Shown piece after piece: positions 31,295 through 41,088 of a stretch of DNA of 64,000 nt. The DNA comes from a bacterium (GTDB taxonomy: Bacteria > SM23-31). Numbering within the stretch: position 1 is the stretch's first letter; the number at the start of each line of letters is the position of its first letter. The stretch covers positions 1,152,001 to 1,216,000 of the forward strand of contig OZ252239.1 in the NCBI GenBank assembly GCA_965249485.1, in the 5' to 3' direction. The notes under the pieces were generated by a model. That model searched no databases. It was not told the DNA's origin and saw only the letters and a program-made list of their open reading frames with translations. The position numbers and the translations under genes were made by a program.

Positions 31295-33283
31295 ATGCCG
31301 AAACCGAAGCCAATAATAATCGGAATCGATACCGGTGGGACATTTACCGATTTTGTCTATTTTAACAAGGGCAAATTTCATGTCCTGAAAGTGTTATCGA
31401 CTCCAGAAAATCCTGGAAAAGCCATCATCACCGGACTTAGAAAGATCGAACGGGAAAATTCGTTTGAGCTTTCCATTATCCACGGCTCAACGGTAGCTAC
31501 AAACGCCCTGCTCGAACGGAAAGGAGCCCGGACAGCTCTGATAACCACGAAAGGATTCAAAGACCTTATAGAGATCGGGCGGCAGAATAGGCCGGGATTA
31601 TACGATCTGAATACCGACAGGCCGGAACCACTCATTCCTGCTTCCCGGCGGTTTGAACTCGATGAACGGACGCTCTTCGACGGGACAGTCCATACACCGT
31701 TGGATATGGCCGCCTGTGAACAGGTACTGAAAATTTGTGAGTCTAAAAAAATAGATTCAATAACTATTTGTTTTCTCCATTCATATGCGAACCGCAAAAA
31801 TGAGATAGCTGCTACCCGTTTGGCGAGGAAAAAAGGTTTTCGTGTGTCACCGTCATCTGAGATTCTCTCCGAATACCGCGAATATGAACGATTGAGTACA
31901 TCAGCAGTTAATGCCTATGTTTCACCGAAAATGGACACCTATCTCCAGTCGCTTCAGCAGGGAGTTCCGCAATCTTCCATACAGGTAATGAAATCGAACG
32001 GTGGTGTAATATCTGCAAGAACAGCACGTAAAGAGTCGGTTCATACGATATTGTCTGGTCCGGCAGGAGGTGTTGTCGGTGCGTATGCAGCAGGAAAACG
32101 AGCCGGGTATACAAATGTCATCACCTTTGACATGGGTGGGACATCGACGGATGTTACTCTTTGTCCCGGTATAATCCCTTTAACAAACGAGGCGGTGGTT
32201 GCCGGATGTCCAATTAAAGTTCCGATGATCGATATCCACACAGTGGGTGCGGGAGGCGGTTCGATTGCAGCACTTGATAGAGGCGGCGCATTGGCAGTTG
32301 GCCCGGAAAGCGCCGGGGCAGATCCCGGTCCGGTGTGTTATGGGAAGGGCACATCAATAACAGTAACGGATGCCAATCTCTATCTAGGAAGGCTCCACAG
32401 CGATTATTTTCTGGGTGGCGGAATGCCTATCGATTTTGAACGCCTCGACAGCATCATGAAGAAAACAGCCAGAAAGTACACAATGAACACGGTCGACCTC
32501 GCTGCGGGAATTATCAAAGTTGTAAACTCTAACATGGAAAAAGCACTTCATGTTATTTCTATCGAGCGGGGTCACAATCCGGCTGAGTTTGCCCTTGTGT
32601 CGTTTGGTGGAGCAGGATCGCTCCACGCAGCAGATCTTGCCCGGTCGCTCGACATTAATACCGTCGTCATTCCGAATAATCCGGGACTTTACTCTGCGGT
32701 CGGTATACTCTTTTCCGATCTTATTAAAGACTATTCACAGACACTCGTGTTGCCAGCCGAGATAGGGACTTTTAATAAACTTAAGAAAGTCTTTAACACT
32801 TTGATTGCCAAAGCCCACAAAGAAATGACTGCTGAAAATATTTCGGAAGAAAAAATATCGGTACTGCAGTCGGTCGATGTCCGTTATGTAGGACAATCGT
32901 ACGAATTGACCGTCCCTTTCACAGAAAACTACATCACATCATTTAATACGATGCACAATCAACGCTATGGTTACAGCAGCGCCAGTCTGCCGGTTGAAGT
33001 TGTTACACTTCGTGTTCGCTGTGTCGGAAAGACACGGCACCCGAAACTTCAAAGAAATGGAAGACCGGAGCAAACCAGAAGAAAAAATGCACCAACCCGA
33101 CGTGAAGTTTATACCGAAGGCATATTTGAAAATACAACGATTCACATGCGCGAAGATCTCAAGCCTGGTGTCCGGTATAAAGGCCCTGCGGTCATACATG
33201 AATACAGCACGACCACCTATGTTCCGCCGGACTATGCCACAAGAATGGATGACCATGGAAATCTGATTCTTACTCTGAAGTGA
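31295..33283 (+). CDS. Hydantoinase A/5-oxoprolinase family subunit
   Basis: GIDTGGTFTD, HGSTVATNA, SGPAGG, DMGGTSTD, GPESAGADPGP. Confidence 0.95.
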   Translation: MPKPKPIIIGIDTGGTFTDFVYFNKGKFHVLKVLSTPENPGKAIITGLRKIERENSFELSIIHGSTVATNALLERKGARTALITTKGFKDLIEIGRQNRPGLYDLNTDRPEPLIPASRRFELDERTLFDGTVHTPLDMAACEQVLKICESKKIDSITICFLHSYANRKNEIAATRLARKKGFRVSPSSEILSEYREYERLSTSAVNAYVSPKMDTYLQSLQQGVPQSSIQVMKSNGGVISARTARKESVHTILSGPAGGVVGAYAAGKRAGYTNVITFDMGGTSTDVTLCPGIIPLTNEAVVAGCPIKVPMIDIHTVGAGGGSIAALDRGGALAVGPESAGADPGPVCYGKGTSITVTDANLYLGRLHSDYFLGGGMPIDFERLDSIMKKTARKYTMNTVDLAAGIIKVVNSNMEKALHVISIERGHNPAEFALVSFGGAGSLHAADLARSLDINTVVIPNNPGLYSAVGILFSDLIKDYSQTLVLPAEIGTFNKLKKVFNTLIAKAHKEMTAENISEEKISVLQSVDVRYVGQSYELTVPFTENYITSFNTMHNQRYGYSSASLPVEVVTLRVRCVGKTRHPKLQRNGRPEQTRRKNAPTRREVYTEGIFENTTIHMREDLKPGVRYKGPAVIHEYSTTTYVPPDYATRMDDHGNLILTLK

Positions 33284-34941
33284 TCGAATTAAATTCACAA
33301 AAGATAGACATACTAAATTTATTCTTAAAGATGAATAAAAAGAAAATCTCATTAACATCAAAACAACGCTGTCGCTTCGACCCGGTTAAGCTTGAAATTT
33401 ACAAAAACCGGTTTCATTCAATTTCAGAGGAGATGGGTGCTGCACTCCAGAGGACTGCCTTCTCACCGAACATTAAAGAGCGGCGCGATTTTTCCTGTGC
33501 TGTGTTCGACGGAACAGGTAAAATGGTTGCTCAGGGCGACCACATGCCAGCGCATCTCGGGGCAATGCCGCTGTCGGTTCAATGTGTCATCCGGCAGCTA
33601 AAACTCAACCGTGGCGATACGGCAATCGTCAACGATCCTTTCGACGGGGGCAACCATCTTCCCGATTTTACTGTTGTCCGCCCGGTCTACTTGCCGGGTG
33701 AGAAATTGCCCATGTTTTATACCGCAAACCGGGCACATCATGCGGATGTAGGTGGCATGGCTGCTGGTTCAATGCCGCTCTCACGGGAAATTTATCAGGA
33801 AGGTATCATTGTACCGCCGATAAAATTGGAGGAGAACGGCCGCTTCAACGAAATGTTTTTGAAAATGTTGAAGGCCAATGTCCGCACACCCCACGAACGG
33901 GAAGGTGACATCCTTGCTCAATACATGGCAGCAAAAGTAGGAGAAATGCGTCTGCTGGACGTGGTCAGGAAAAATGGTGCAGCGGAAGTGCTGCACTATA
34001 TGGAAGAAATGCAGAAGTATTCAGAACGGATGGTTCGCGGACTGATTAATAATATTCCTGACGGGACCTATACATTTAGCGATACTATGGAAAATGACGG
34101 TATAACCGACAGGCCGTATTCGATTGCGGTGGCGGTTACCATAAAAGGTAGCAGCACCATTATCGATTTTACCGGGACGGATAAGCAGGCATCCGGGCCG
34201 ATAAATTGCGTCTATGCAATTACTGTATCATCTGTCTTTTTTGTGTTCCGCTCACTTGTCAATTATGCTATTCCATCCAACCACGGCTGTATGGTTCCGA
34301 TTACCATCATCGCGCCTGAAGGAACGCTCGTAAACGCTATGCGTCCAGCGGCAGTGGCAGCAGGCAATGTCGAAACCTCGCAGAGAATTGTCGATGTCCT
34401 CTTCGGGGCACTTGCCGAAGCGCTGCCGGACACCATTCCGGCGGCATCGGGCGGCACAATGAACAATCTCACTTTTGGCGGAACGCACCACGAAACCGGT
34501 AAACCGTTTGCCTATTATGAAACAATAGCCTGTGGGATGGGTGCCCGTCCGGGGAAAAACGGAATTAACGGAATCCACACCCACATGACCAATTCACTCA
34601 ACAGTCCGATAGAAATACTCGAGAGTACAATGCCTATCAGGCTGCACTCGTATGGCTTTCGGAAAAATTCAGGCGGTAGCGGCAAATTCCGGGGTGGTGA
34701 TGGAATTGAAAAGTCGATCGAATTTCTCACTGAAGCAAGTCTGAATCTGCTTTCGGACAGGCGGGAGCACCGTCCATACGGTTTACAGGGAGGCTCACCA
34801 GGTAAACAAGGAGAGAATTTTATCCTCAGAAACGGCAAAAAGATGAAGTTGCCATCAAAATTCGGAATATATGTCGAAAAAAATGACACTTTTACCATAC
34901 GGACTCCGGGGGGAGGGGGATACGGAAATAAGGGAAAGTAA
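33280..34941 (+). CDS. Hydantoinase B/5-oxoprolinase family subunit (start may be 33331)
   Basis: SPNIKERRDFS, NDPF.GG.HLPD, HHADVGG, GNVETSQR, TPGGGGYG. Confidence 0.95.
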   Translation: MIELNSQKIDILNLFLKMNKKKISLTSKQRCRFDPVKLEIYKNRFHSISEEMGAALQRTAFSPNIKERRDFSCAVFDGTGKMVAQGDHMPAHLGAMPLSVQCVIRQLKLNRGDTAIVNDPFDGGNHLPDFTVVRPVYLPGEKLPMFYTANRAHHADVGGMAAGSMPLSREIYQEGIIVPPIKLEENGRFNEMFLKMLKANVRTPHEREGDILAQYMAAKVGEMRLLDVVRKNGAAEVLHYMEEMQKYSERMVRGLINNIPDGTYTFSDTMENDGITDRPYSIAVAVTIKGSSTIIDFTGTDKQASGPINCVYAITVSSVFFVFRSLVNYAIPSNHGCMVPITIIAPEGTLVNAMRPAAVAAGNVETSQRIVDVLFGALAEALPDTIPAASGGTMNNLTFGGTHHETGKPFAYYETIACGMGARPGKNGINGIHTHMTNSLNSPIEILESTMPIRLHSYGFRKNSGGSGKFRGGDGIEKSIEFLTEASLNLLSDRREHRPYGLQGGSPGKQGENFILRNGKKMKLPSKFGIYVEKNDTFTIRTPGGGGYGNKGK

Positions 34942-35029
34942 CTCACTAATTCCTTGAATAGATTAACTGAAAACTTAACACATTTGTTTAGACAATTGCC
35001 GGAAATCCTTTAATGATAATAAATAGTAC

Positions 35030-35057
35030 TTGACAAGACTTTACTTTTTTTTATATT
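35030..35057 (+). promoter_or_regulatory. Putative sigma70 promoter
   Basis: TTGACA-N16-TATATT upstream of ORF 35087. Confidence 0.4.
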
Positions 35058-35086
35058 CTTCAACAAATTAGCCCGCAATCGGCCCA

Positions 35087-36808
35087 ATGCAGCAATGTGG
35101 AGTCGGCATGAGCTCTCCTTTTTTCGAATTTTTACATAACCGTTCTAATAATAATATCGATATGCTCAATAGAGCAAATCCCATCTTCGAAGTCGCACGT
35201 GAACTTGGTATTCCGGTGGGGAAAAATGTCGTTCATTGTATAAAGAGAGAGAAGCATGTCAACAGTAACGGCGTACCCACAATGACTTTTAATTTGATTA
35301 AAAATACGTTCCGGTGCTGGGTGTGTCCAGATGTGTGTGGTGATGTTGTCGATCTTATTATGCTCGCAAAAGATGTGAACAGGGAACGGGCAATCCAGTT
35401 TTTATCCATTCGGGGTAATATAAAAACTGATAACGACAGATCGAAATTTTTCAGAGGAAAAAGTCTCGAAAAAATGGGATCCTCCGACCGGGAAGCAGTA
35501 TTCAAGGATTTCTTCTCAGGTATGGAAAACGACCAAGGAATCGATCTCATAGCATTTGCATCGACAAAAGGGGGAACTGGGAAAACACTTGTTGTCAATA
35601 ATATTGCTGTTATACTTTCTCTCATTACCCGTTATATCGGCCGCCACAGAAAAGCAGATCCACAACATGTTGAACTGATCGATCTTGATTTTGGCAAACC
35701 GGACCAGCGTTTATTGCTTGGTATCGATCCGGAATACTATATAGAAGACGTGTTTTATCAGCAGTCGAAAGAGCTTTCATGGGACTTCCTTAGAGAACAT
35801 ATTCCTCTTGAAAACTTAAAGCTCGTATCGTCCTGTCCGGTTAGAAAGTCGAAATCGCTTTACTATCTGAAGAAAAACGAAATCCTCTATATGCTCCACA
35901 ATTCAGATGCGAATATAAAACTTGCCGATTTTGGAGGCGGTTCTGATAAGGAGACACTGGATTTTCTTAGTAGTATCAAAAGCAAAGTGTTTGTTATTAA
36001 TCCCGACCGAGCTTCCGTTGAGGCAGTCTTTAATCTCATTCTCAGCCTGCTCTACTATCCTATGAAACAGCAGTTTAAAGGCTCAAAAGATGCGATTGCG
36101 CTTGCTGAAAAATTACGTGACTGCAGCAAAAACGGATTTACTGTCAACGACTTGCGTGACGAACTACACCGAATCGATAAGAAGCGCTCGGGTTTGAAGA
36201 AACTGAAAAAATTCTACGAGGACACAGTTAAACCGTTTCAGACAGAGCTTGGAATGTCTGTAAGCGGAAATGGTTCAATATCAATTGAAAAATTAAAACA
36301 AGATCTGCCAGCTTTGCATAATAAAGTTCATGAAATACTTTTTCGTAGTAATGGTTCATCCTCCTATTCAAAAAAGAGTAAAATTTACCGAACATTCACT
36401 GATATTGAACATAATGTCCGTGTCTTTGATTCGTTTTCATCCCGCCTGGAAAACCTTCTTACGACATCGTTGTTCGGCCTTGTAATCAATAAGTGCGACA
36501 AGGAGTTGGCAGGTACGGTAGCCGGAAACCTTGAAGATCAGATTAGAAAGACTTTCTCAATGAATTTGTCTCATCTCGGTAATATCCCGGAGGAAGAAGC
36601 GCTCAGAAATATTTCTAATTACGGTATGCCGTTTGCTGTTCATGATCCCGAACACGAAGTGCTCGATCACTTTTTTAAGATTACCGATACAATCATCGGC
36701 CTCAAGAGTGGTTCCACTGAGAATATAGTATTCGAACAGAGAGACTATCTCAAAGATCTGAAACAAAACTGGCTCGCCCAGACTGAACCCGTCGGTGTGC
36801 TTGCGTAA
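35087..36808 (+). CDS. CHC2-type zinc finger fused to a MinD/FlhG/ParA-like P-loop ATPase
   Basis: N-terminal C..H..PTMTF...FRCWVC...GDVVDL....A..FL (primase zinc-finger pattern), then deviant Walker A STKGGTGKT, DLDFG, ADFGGG, LVINK and GNIPEE. Confidence 0.75.
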   Translation: MQQCGVGMSSPFFEFLHNRSNNNIDMLNRANPIFEVARELGIPVGKNVVHCIKREKHVNSNGVPTMTFNLIKNTFRCWVCPDVCGDVVDLIMLAKDVNRERAIQFLSIRGNIKTDNDRSKFFRGKSLEKMGSSDREAVFKDFFSGMENDQGIDLIAFASTKGGTGKTLVVNNIAVILSLITRYIGRHRKADPQHVELIDLDFGKPDQRLLLGIDPEYYIEDVFYQQSKELSWDFLREHIPLENLKLVSSCPVRKSKSLYYLKKNEILYMLHNSDANIKLADFGGGSDKETLDFLSSIKSKVFVINPDRASVEAVFNLILSLLYYPMKQQFKGSKDAIALAEKLRDCSKNGFTVNDLRDELHRIDKKRSGLKKLKKFYEDTVKPFQTELGMSVSGNGSISIEKLKQDLPALHNKVHEILFRSNGSSSYSKKSKIYRTFTDIEHNVRVFDSFSSRLENLLTTSLFGLVINKCDKELAGTVAGNLEDQIRKTFSMNLSHLGNIPEEEALRNISNYGMPFAVHDPEHEVLDHFFKITDTIIGLKSGSTENIVFEQRDYLKDLKQNWLAQTEPVGVLA

Positions 36809-36920
36809 CTGCCCTTCAATATGTAACACTTTTATCATAATAATCCAATAAGCAGCTTTGAATTTTGTATGCATTACTCATACACAATTTTTGCATTATG
36901 CTAAGAAGAACCGAATTGGC

Positions 36921-36949
36921 TTGACATTTTTTGGCATTAATAATACATT
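36921..36949 (+). promoter_or_regulatory. Putative sigma70 promoter
   Basis: TTGACA-N17-TACATT upstream of nnr. Confidence 0.45.
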
Positions 36950-37039
36950 TGTTTTGTATTTAGTTCTATGTCTCACGTGACAATTACTTCGGCCACTCTG
37001 ACCAGATTCGGCTGACGTAGTTGATAATATGGAGTAACT

Positions 37040-38608
37040 ATGAAGTGGGTAGTAACAGCACAGGAAATGCGGAATATTGATTCCCGTGCAATCAATACTA
37101 TCGGTATTCTCGGATATTCATTGATGGAACGTGCCGGACTCGAAGTCATTGAATCGTGTCTTGATGATTTTGGGCCTGTCTCCGGGAAATCTGTTTCTGT
37201 TTTCTGCGGAAAGGGTAATAATGGAGGAGACGGCCTTGTTATTGCCCGGGAAATGAAACGGCTCGGTGGTATCGTAACAGTATACATTTTTGCTAAACAG
37301 AGTGAATTAAAAGGCGACCCGTTATCAAATTACACCATATTGAAAAAAATGGGGATACCTGTCCGCCATATTACCTCCCCTGCACAACTAATTGAGATTC
37401 CTGAAGATTTTGATATTACCATCGATGCACTCCTTGGAACAGGGGTTCATGGAGAAGTGACCGGTATTATTGGTGCCGCTATCAGAAAAATCAATTCTCA
37501 GAGTGCGGTGGTTGTCTCGGTCGATCTTCCGTCCGGATTAAATACTGATAACGGTACATTCATCGGTACCTGTGTGAGTGCAGACATAACTGTAACGATG
37601 GGACTGCTCAAACGGGGATTGCTTCTGCATCCTGGAGCAATGATGGCGGGGGAAGTAGTCATTGCCGATATCGGGTTTCCCGAACGAGCCATATCACCTG
37701 AAAGAGTCAAAACATTTTTTATCGAAAAAAGCGATGTAGTTTCGCATTTACCGCGGCGATTGCCATATTTTCACAAGGGTGTTTTCGGACGTATCCTGGT
37801 TATCGGCGGTTCTCCGGGAATGACCGGTGCCCCTGCAATGTCGACAAACGCAGCGCTCCGCTCAGGAGCCGGAATGACGCTCCTCGGGGTACCAAAAAGT
37901 CTGAACACAGTCTTGGAACAAAAAGTAACTGAAACTATGACTCTTCCGCTCCCGGAAACAGAGAGTGGGTCATTAAGTAGAGATGCAGAAGAAAAAATTC
38001 TTGACGCTCTTGTATGGGCAGATGTACTGGCAATTGGCCCTGGTATCGGACGAGATGAACAGACAATAAAACTCGTACACTCTATTCTTGAACAATGCGA
38101 GCTTCCGGCAGTAATCGATGCAGATGCTTTATACGCCGTTTCAAAAAAACCCGGAATTCTGAGAAAAAGGGAAGCCGATACTGTCATCACTCCCCACGTT
38201 GGAGAATTTTCACGATTGATTCGGACAGATGACGCCAATCTCATCGACACGGAGCGGATTGAACTTTGCAGAAAATACGCCCGCCATTTCCGGTCGGTTG
38301 TACTGTTAAAAGGCGCTCCGTCGATCACTGCATCACCGGAAGGCGAAATATTTATTAATCCGACAGGAAATGCAGGTATGGCTACCGCCGGGTCCGGAGA
38401 TGTTTTGACAGGTGTTATTGCAGCGATAATAGGGCAGGGTGTGGATGTAGTTGAAGCAACAATTACAGGGACATACATTCACGGTCTTGCTGGTGACTTT
38501 GCTGCAGACGAATTTGGCGAAATTAGCATGATGGCAACCGATATCATAAATTATCTTCCTTATGCATTTGAAGACATGTTTGGAAGATATCTTAATTCTG
38601 AAAGCTGA
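37040..38608 (+). CDS. nnr: Bifunctional NAD(P)H-hydrate epimerase/dehydratase
   Basis: LMERAG, GKGNNGGDG, DLPSG, HKG.FG, TPH.GE, GMATAGSGDVL. Confidence 0.95.
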   Translation: MKWVVTAQEMRNIDSRAINTIGILGYSLMERAGLEVIESCLDDFGPVSGKSVSVFCGKGNNGGDGLVIAREMKRLGGIVTVYIFAKQSELKGDPLSNYTILKKMGIPVRHITSPAQLIEIPEDFDITIDALLGTGVHGEVTGIIGAAIRKINSQSAVVVSVDLPSGLNTDNGTFIGTCVSADITVTMGLLKRGLLLHPGAMMAGEVVIADIGFPERAISPERVKTFFIEKSDVVSHLPRRLPYFHKGVFGRILVIGGSPGMTGAPAMSTNAALRSGAGMTLLGVPKSLNTVLEQKVTETMTLPLPETESGSLSRDAEEKILDALVWADVLAIGPGIGRDEQTIKLVHSILEQCELPAVIDADALYAVSKKPGILRKREADTVITPHVGEFSRLIRTDDANLIDTERIELCRKYARHFRSVVLLKGAPSITASPEGEIFINPTGNAGMATAGSGDVLTGVIAAIIGQGVDVVEATITGTYIHGLAGDFAADEFGEISMMATDIINYLPYAFEDMFGRYLNSES

Positions 38609-38621
38609 TCAATCGTACCCT

Positions 38622-39011
38622 ATGAATACTTCCGTCAAATTCTATCTCCCGGTCGTAGTTTGGTTGTTATTTATGTTTAGTTTTCCGACAATCATCCACT
38701 CTCTGGATTTTGGCCCGGTCCGCTATAATCTGGACAAAATTGTCCATTTTGTTGAATACGGCATTTTATGTGGTCTGCTGATCCGTGTTTTTTATAACGG
38801 CGGCAGTGACCGGGTATTAATCCGATCGCTCTTACTTTCACTAGGGATCTCTTTATTCATAGCCGGAATTGACGAAATGTATCAGCTCTATATTCCAGGA
38901 AGATCAGCAAGTTTTTACGACTTTGCTGCCGATGTTATCGGTATAGTGTGTGCACTTGCTGTTTTCCGGTTCTTAATTCATAGTTCGGCTTCTTCACATG
39001 AGTTGGATTGA
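38622..39011 (+). CDS. VanZ-like membrane protein
   Basis: DKIVHFVEYG, DE.YQ.YIPGR.AS..D..AD..G. Confidence 0.88.
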   Translation: MNTSVKFYLPVVVWLLFMFSFPTIIHSLDFGPVRYNLDKIVHFVEYGILCGLLIRVFYNGGSDRVLIRSLLLSLGISLFIAGIDEMYQLYIPGRSASFYDFAADVIGIVCALAVFRFLIHSSASSHELD

Positions 39012-39840
39012 AAAACTCTCTTCAAAATACACCTCGATTACGATACCATTCCTATATCAATTTACTGGAATCAAAAGTACAATTGACAACTTCTACAGTG
39101 ATACTGCAAATTTTTATAGTTCACTCTATTCGTCAAAAAAATCTGATGATATCCCGATGTACGCTTCGATTGCTGCTCGGACTGGTTCGCCTCTCTTAGA
39201 TGTTGCCTGCGGAGATGGAAGAGTGGCGGTACAGTTGGCACGACAGGGCCATACTGTGTTTAGTTTTGATAAATCCCGCACAATACTTGAGCTCTTTAAA
39301 CAGAGTATTGTGAAACTCCTTCCGGAAGACCGGGCACGAATTCACATCATTCGGTCAGAAATGCAAAATATTCCGTTTAAAAACCATTTTAAGTTGGCGA
39401 TCATTCCCTATAATTCGTTTAATCACCTCATGAAAAAGGAAGAGCAACAATCCTGTCTGAGTGGAATATTTAACGCTCTTGTTGCCGATGGGCTGCTTGT
39501 CATGGAGATTCTCCCTTATCATGAAACATATTGTGTTGGTTTACGCTTCAGAAAGGCAGGAGTATTATCCGACGGAGCAACAAACGTCACAGCATATTCG
39601 AAAGTAGATCATGACATTACACAAGATATCCACACTGTGAATTGGTATTTAAAAATTAAAAAATCGGGAAAGCGTACCCGTCGGATAATGAGCACATTTG
39701 TCAGAAAAGATATTCCGCTTACTGCAATGAAGGCAATGATAATCGAAACAGGCTTTAAACTCGAAGAAATCCGCTCTGCCTATTCAATAAACGAAAAATC
39801 AGGGAGTAAACTTATTTTAATCGCCAGAAAGCCGAAATAA
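38998..39840 (+). CDS. Class I SAM-dependent methyltransferase
   Basis: LLDVACGDGR motif I; PYNSFNHL; L..DGLLV. Confidence 0.85.
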   Translation: MSWIEKLSSKYTSITIPFLYQFTGIKSTIDNFYSDTANFYSSLYSSKKSDDIPMYASIAARTGSPLLDVACGDGRVAVQLARQGHTVFSFDKSRTILELFKQSIVKLLPEDRARIHIIRSEMQNIPFKNHFKLAIIPYNSFNHLMKKEEQQSCLSGIFNALVADGLLVMEILPYHETYCVGLRFRKAGVLSDGATNVTAYSKVDHDITQDIHTVNWYLKIKKSGKRTRRIMSTFVRKDIPLTAMKAMIIETGFKLEEIRSAYSINEKSGSKLILIARKPK

Positions 39841-40003
39841 GTGAATCCACAATGTGATCTGTATCAACAAATTGGTTGTACGATACATTTTAAAGGTAAT
39901 GACGTATTTTTTACTTTGAATTACTGAATTATTTTTTGTATTATTCAGAGCATCTCAAAAAGTTGAATATTCCTCTTTTACTCATCTCCATAGGGAGCAG
40001 ATC

Positions 40004-40369
40004 ATGGCACACAAAATCCTCATCGTCGACGATGAAGAAGATTTTCTTCAGGGATTAACCATTCGCCTTGAGCATGCAGGATATGATATCCAATCCGCCC
40101 GCAATGGTGAAGAAGCATTGGATTATATGCTTAATAACACTCCAGATCTTATTGTACTGGACGTCCAGATGCCAAAAATGAACGGTCTCGATTTTATTCG
40201 CGCTATTAAGAAAGATACAAAATTCAAAAAAATTCCGGTCTTGTTTCTTACAGCAGGTGCGTTTGAAATTGCCGAAGAGATAGAAACATTGGCGGTAGCG
40301 CAGGATTTCCTCTTGAAATCAGTTGATAATGAGCAGATTATCGACAGGATTGCAAAGTTTTTAAATTAA
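40004..40369 (+). CDS. Single-domain response regulator (receiver)
   Basis: ILIVDDE, LDVQMPKMNG, FLTA, conserved Lys. Confidence 0.92.
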   Translation: MAHKILIVDDEEDFLQGLTIRLEHAGYDIQSARNGEEALDYMLNNTPDLIVLDVQMPKMNGLDFIRAIKKDTKFKKIPVLFLTAGAFEIAEEIETLAVAQDFLLKSVDNEQIIDRIAKFLN

Positions 40370-40484
40370 TCTTCCGAAGTTTTATTCCATCCCAAAAAAT
40401 CAAATATCTATCATGCACGTCTAGTGTTGGAACGGTGTAATATACAGCGTCACACTCGATCGTTTCTACAGTGCAGTAATGAAT

Positions 40485-40715
40485 TTAATTAAGTTTCGAA
40501 GTGGATAATTCGGAGTAATAGCCGTCTTTCCGCAGAAGCTTTTTTGATGAAAACTGTGTTGCAGAACCGGCTAACTCTGATTCATGAAGCGTTATCGTGG
40601 AATGACATTTAAGACAATTGTAAAGCGGGAATGAATCTCCGTTCGAACGTTCCTGACTTCCTAAGTATTCTACAACTGAATGATCACACATATTTCGATT
40701 TCTGTTATAATTCAT
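40485..40715 (-). CDS. Small putative zinc-finger protein (CxH...CxxC)
   Basis: CDH....YLG.Q......LYNCLKCHSTI; preceded by a sigma28-like promoter. Confidence 0.55.
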   Translation of the reverse strand: MNYNRNRNMCDHSVVEYLGSQERSNGDSFPLYNCLKCHSTITLHESELAGSATQFSSKKLLRKDGYYSELSTSKLN

Positions 40716-40734
40716 ACCATACTTTGTGTCTTTA

Positions 40735-40761
40735 TTATCGGCAAGATCAGGGAAAAGTTGA
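40735..40761 (-). promoter_or_regulatory. Putative sigma28 (FliA/WhiG-type) promoter
   Basis: Minus strand reads TCAA-N15-GCCGATAA, with a perfect -10 element and canonical spacing, 19 nt before the ATG at 40715. Confidence 0.6.
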
Positions 40762-40957
40762 ATGATTGATTCAAACAGATCATTGTGAATTCGAAAATGA
40801 GATAGAAATCACTCTATTGACTTATCAAAAGGAGAAAATAAGTTGGTACTTCTCGCTGGTTTTACCGTAAAGGAAATCCTTAAATATGTATCGGTAAGTA
40901 ATTCATAAGTATCTTCGCGAATACGTCTCAGAGTGCTCACTCTTAACGGAAAAACGC

Positions 40958-40994
40958 TTGACGGAACACAGGAAAATCCCTACATTACCTGTGT
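40958..40994 (+). promoter_or_regulatory. Putative sigma70 promoter overlapped by an inverted repeat (candidate operator)
   Basis: TTGACG-N17-TACATT (40958-40986); ACACAGG-N15-CCTGTGT (40966-40994). Confidence 0.45.
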
Positions 40995-41088
40995 GTGTTT
41001 AGACCGGTACTTGGGATCTCCCTGTGCCGCCATTTCTAATTAATAAATATAATTTAGATGCAGGTAGTTTAATAATTAACCAAATATA

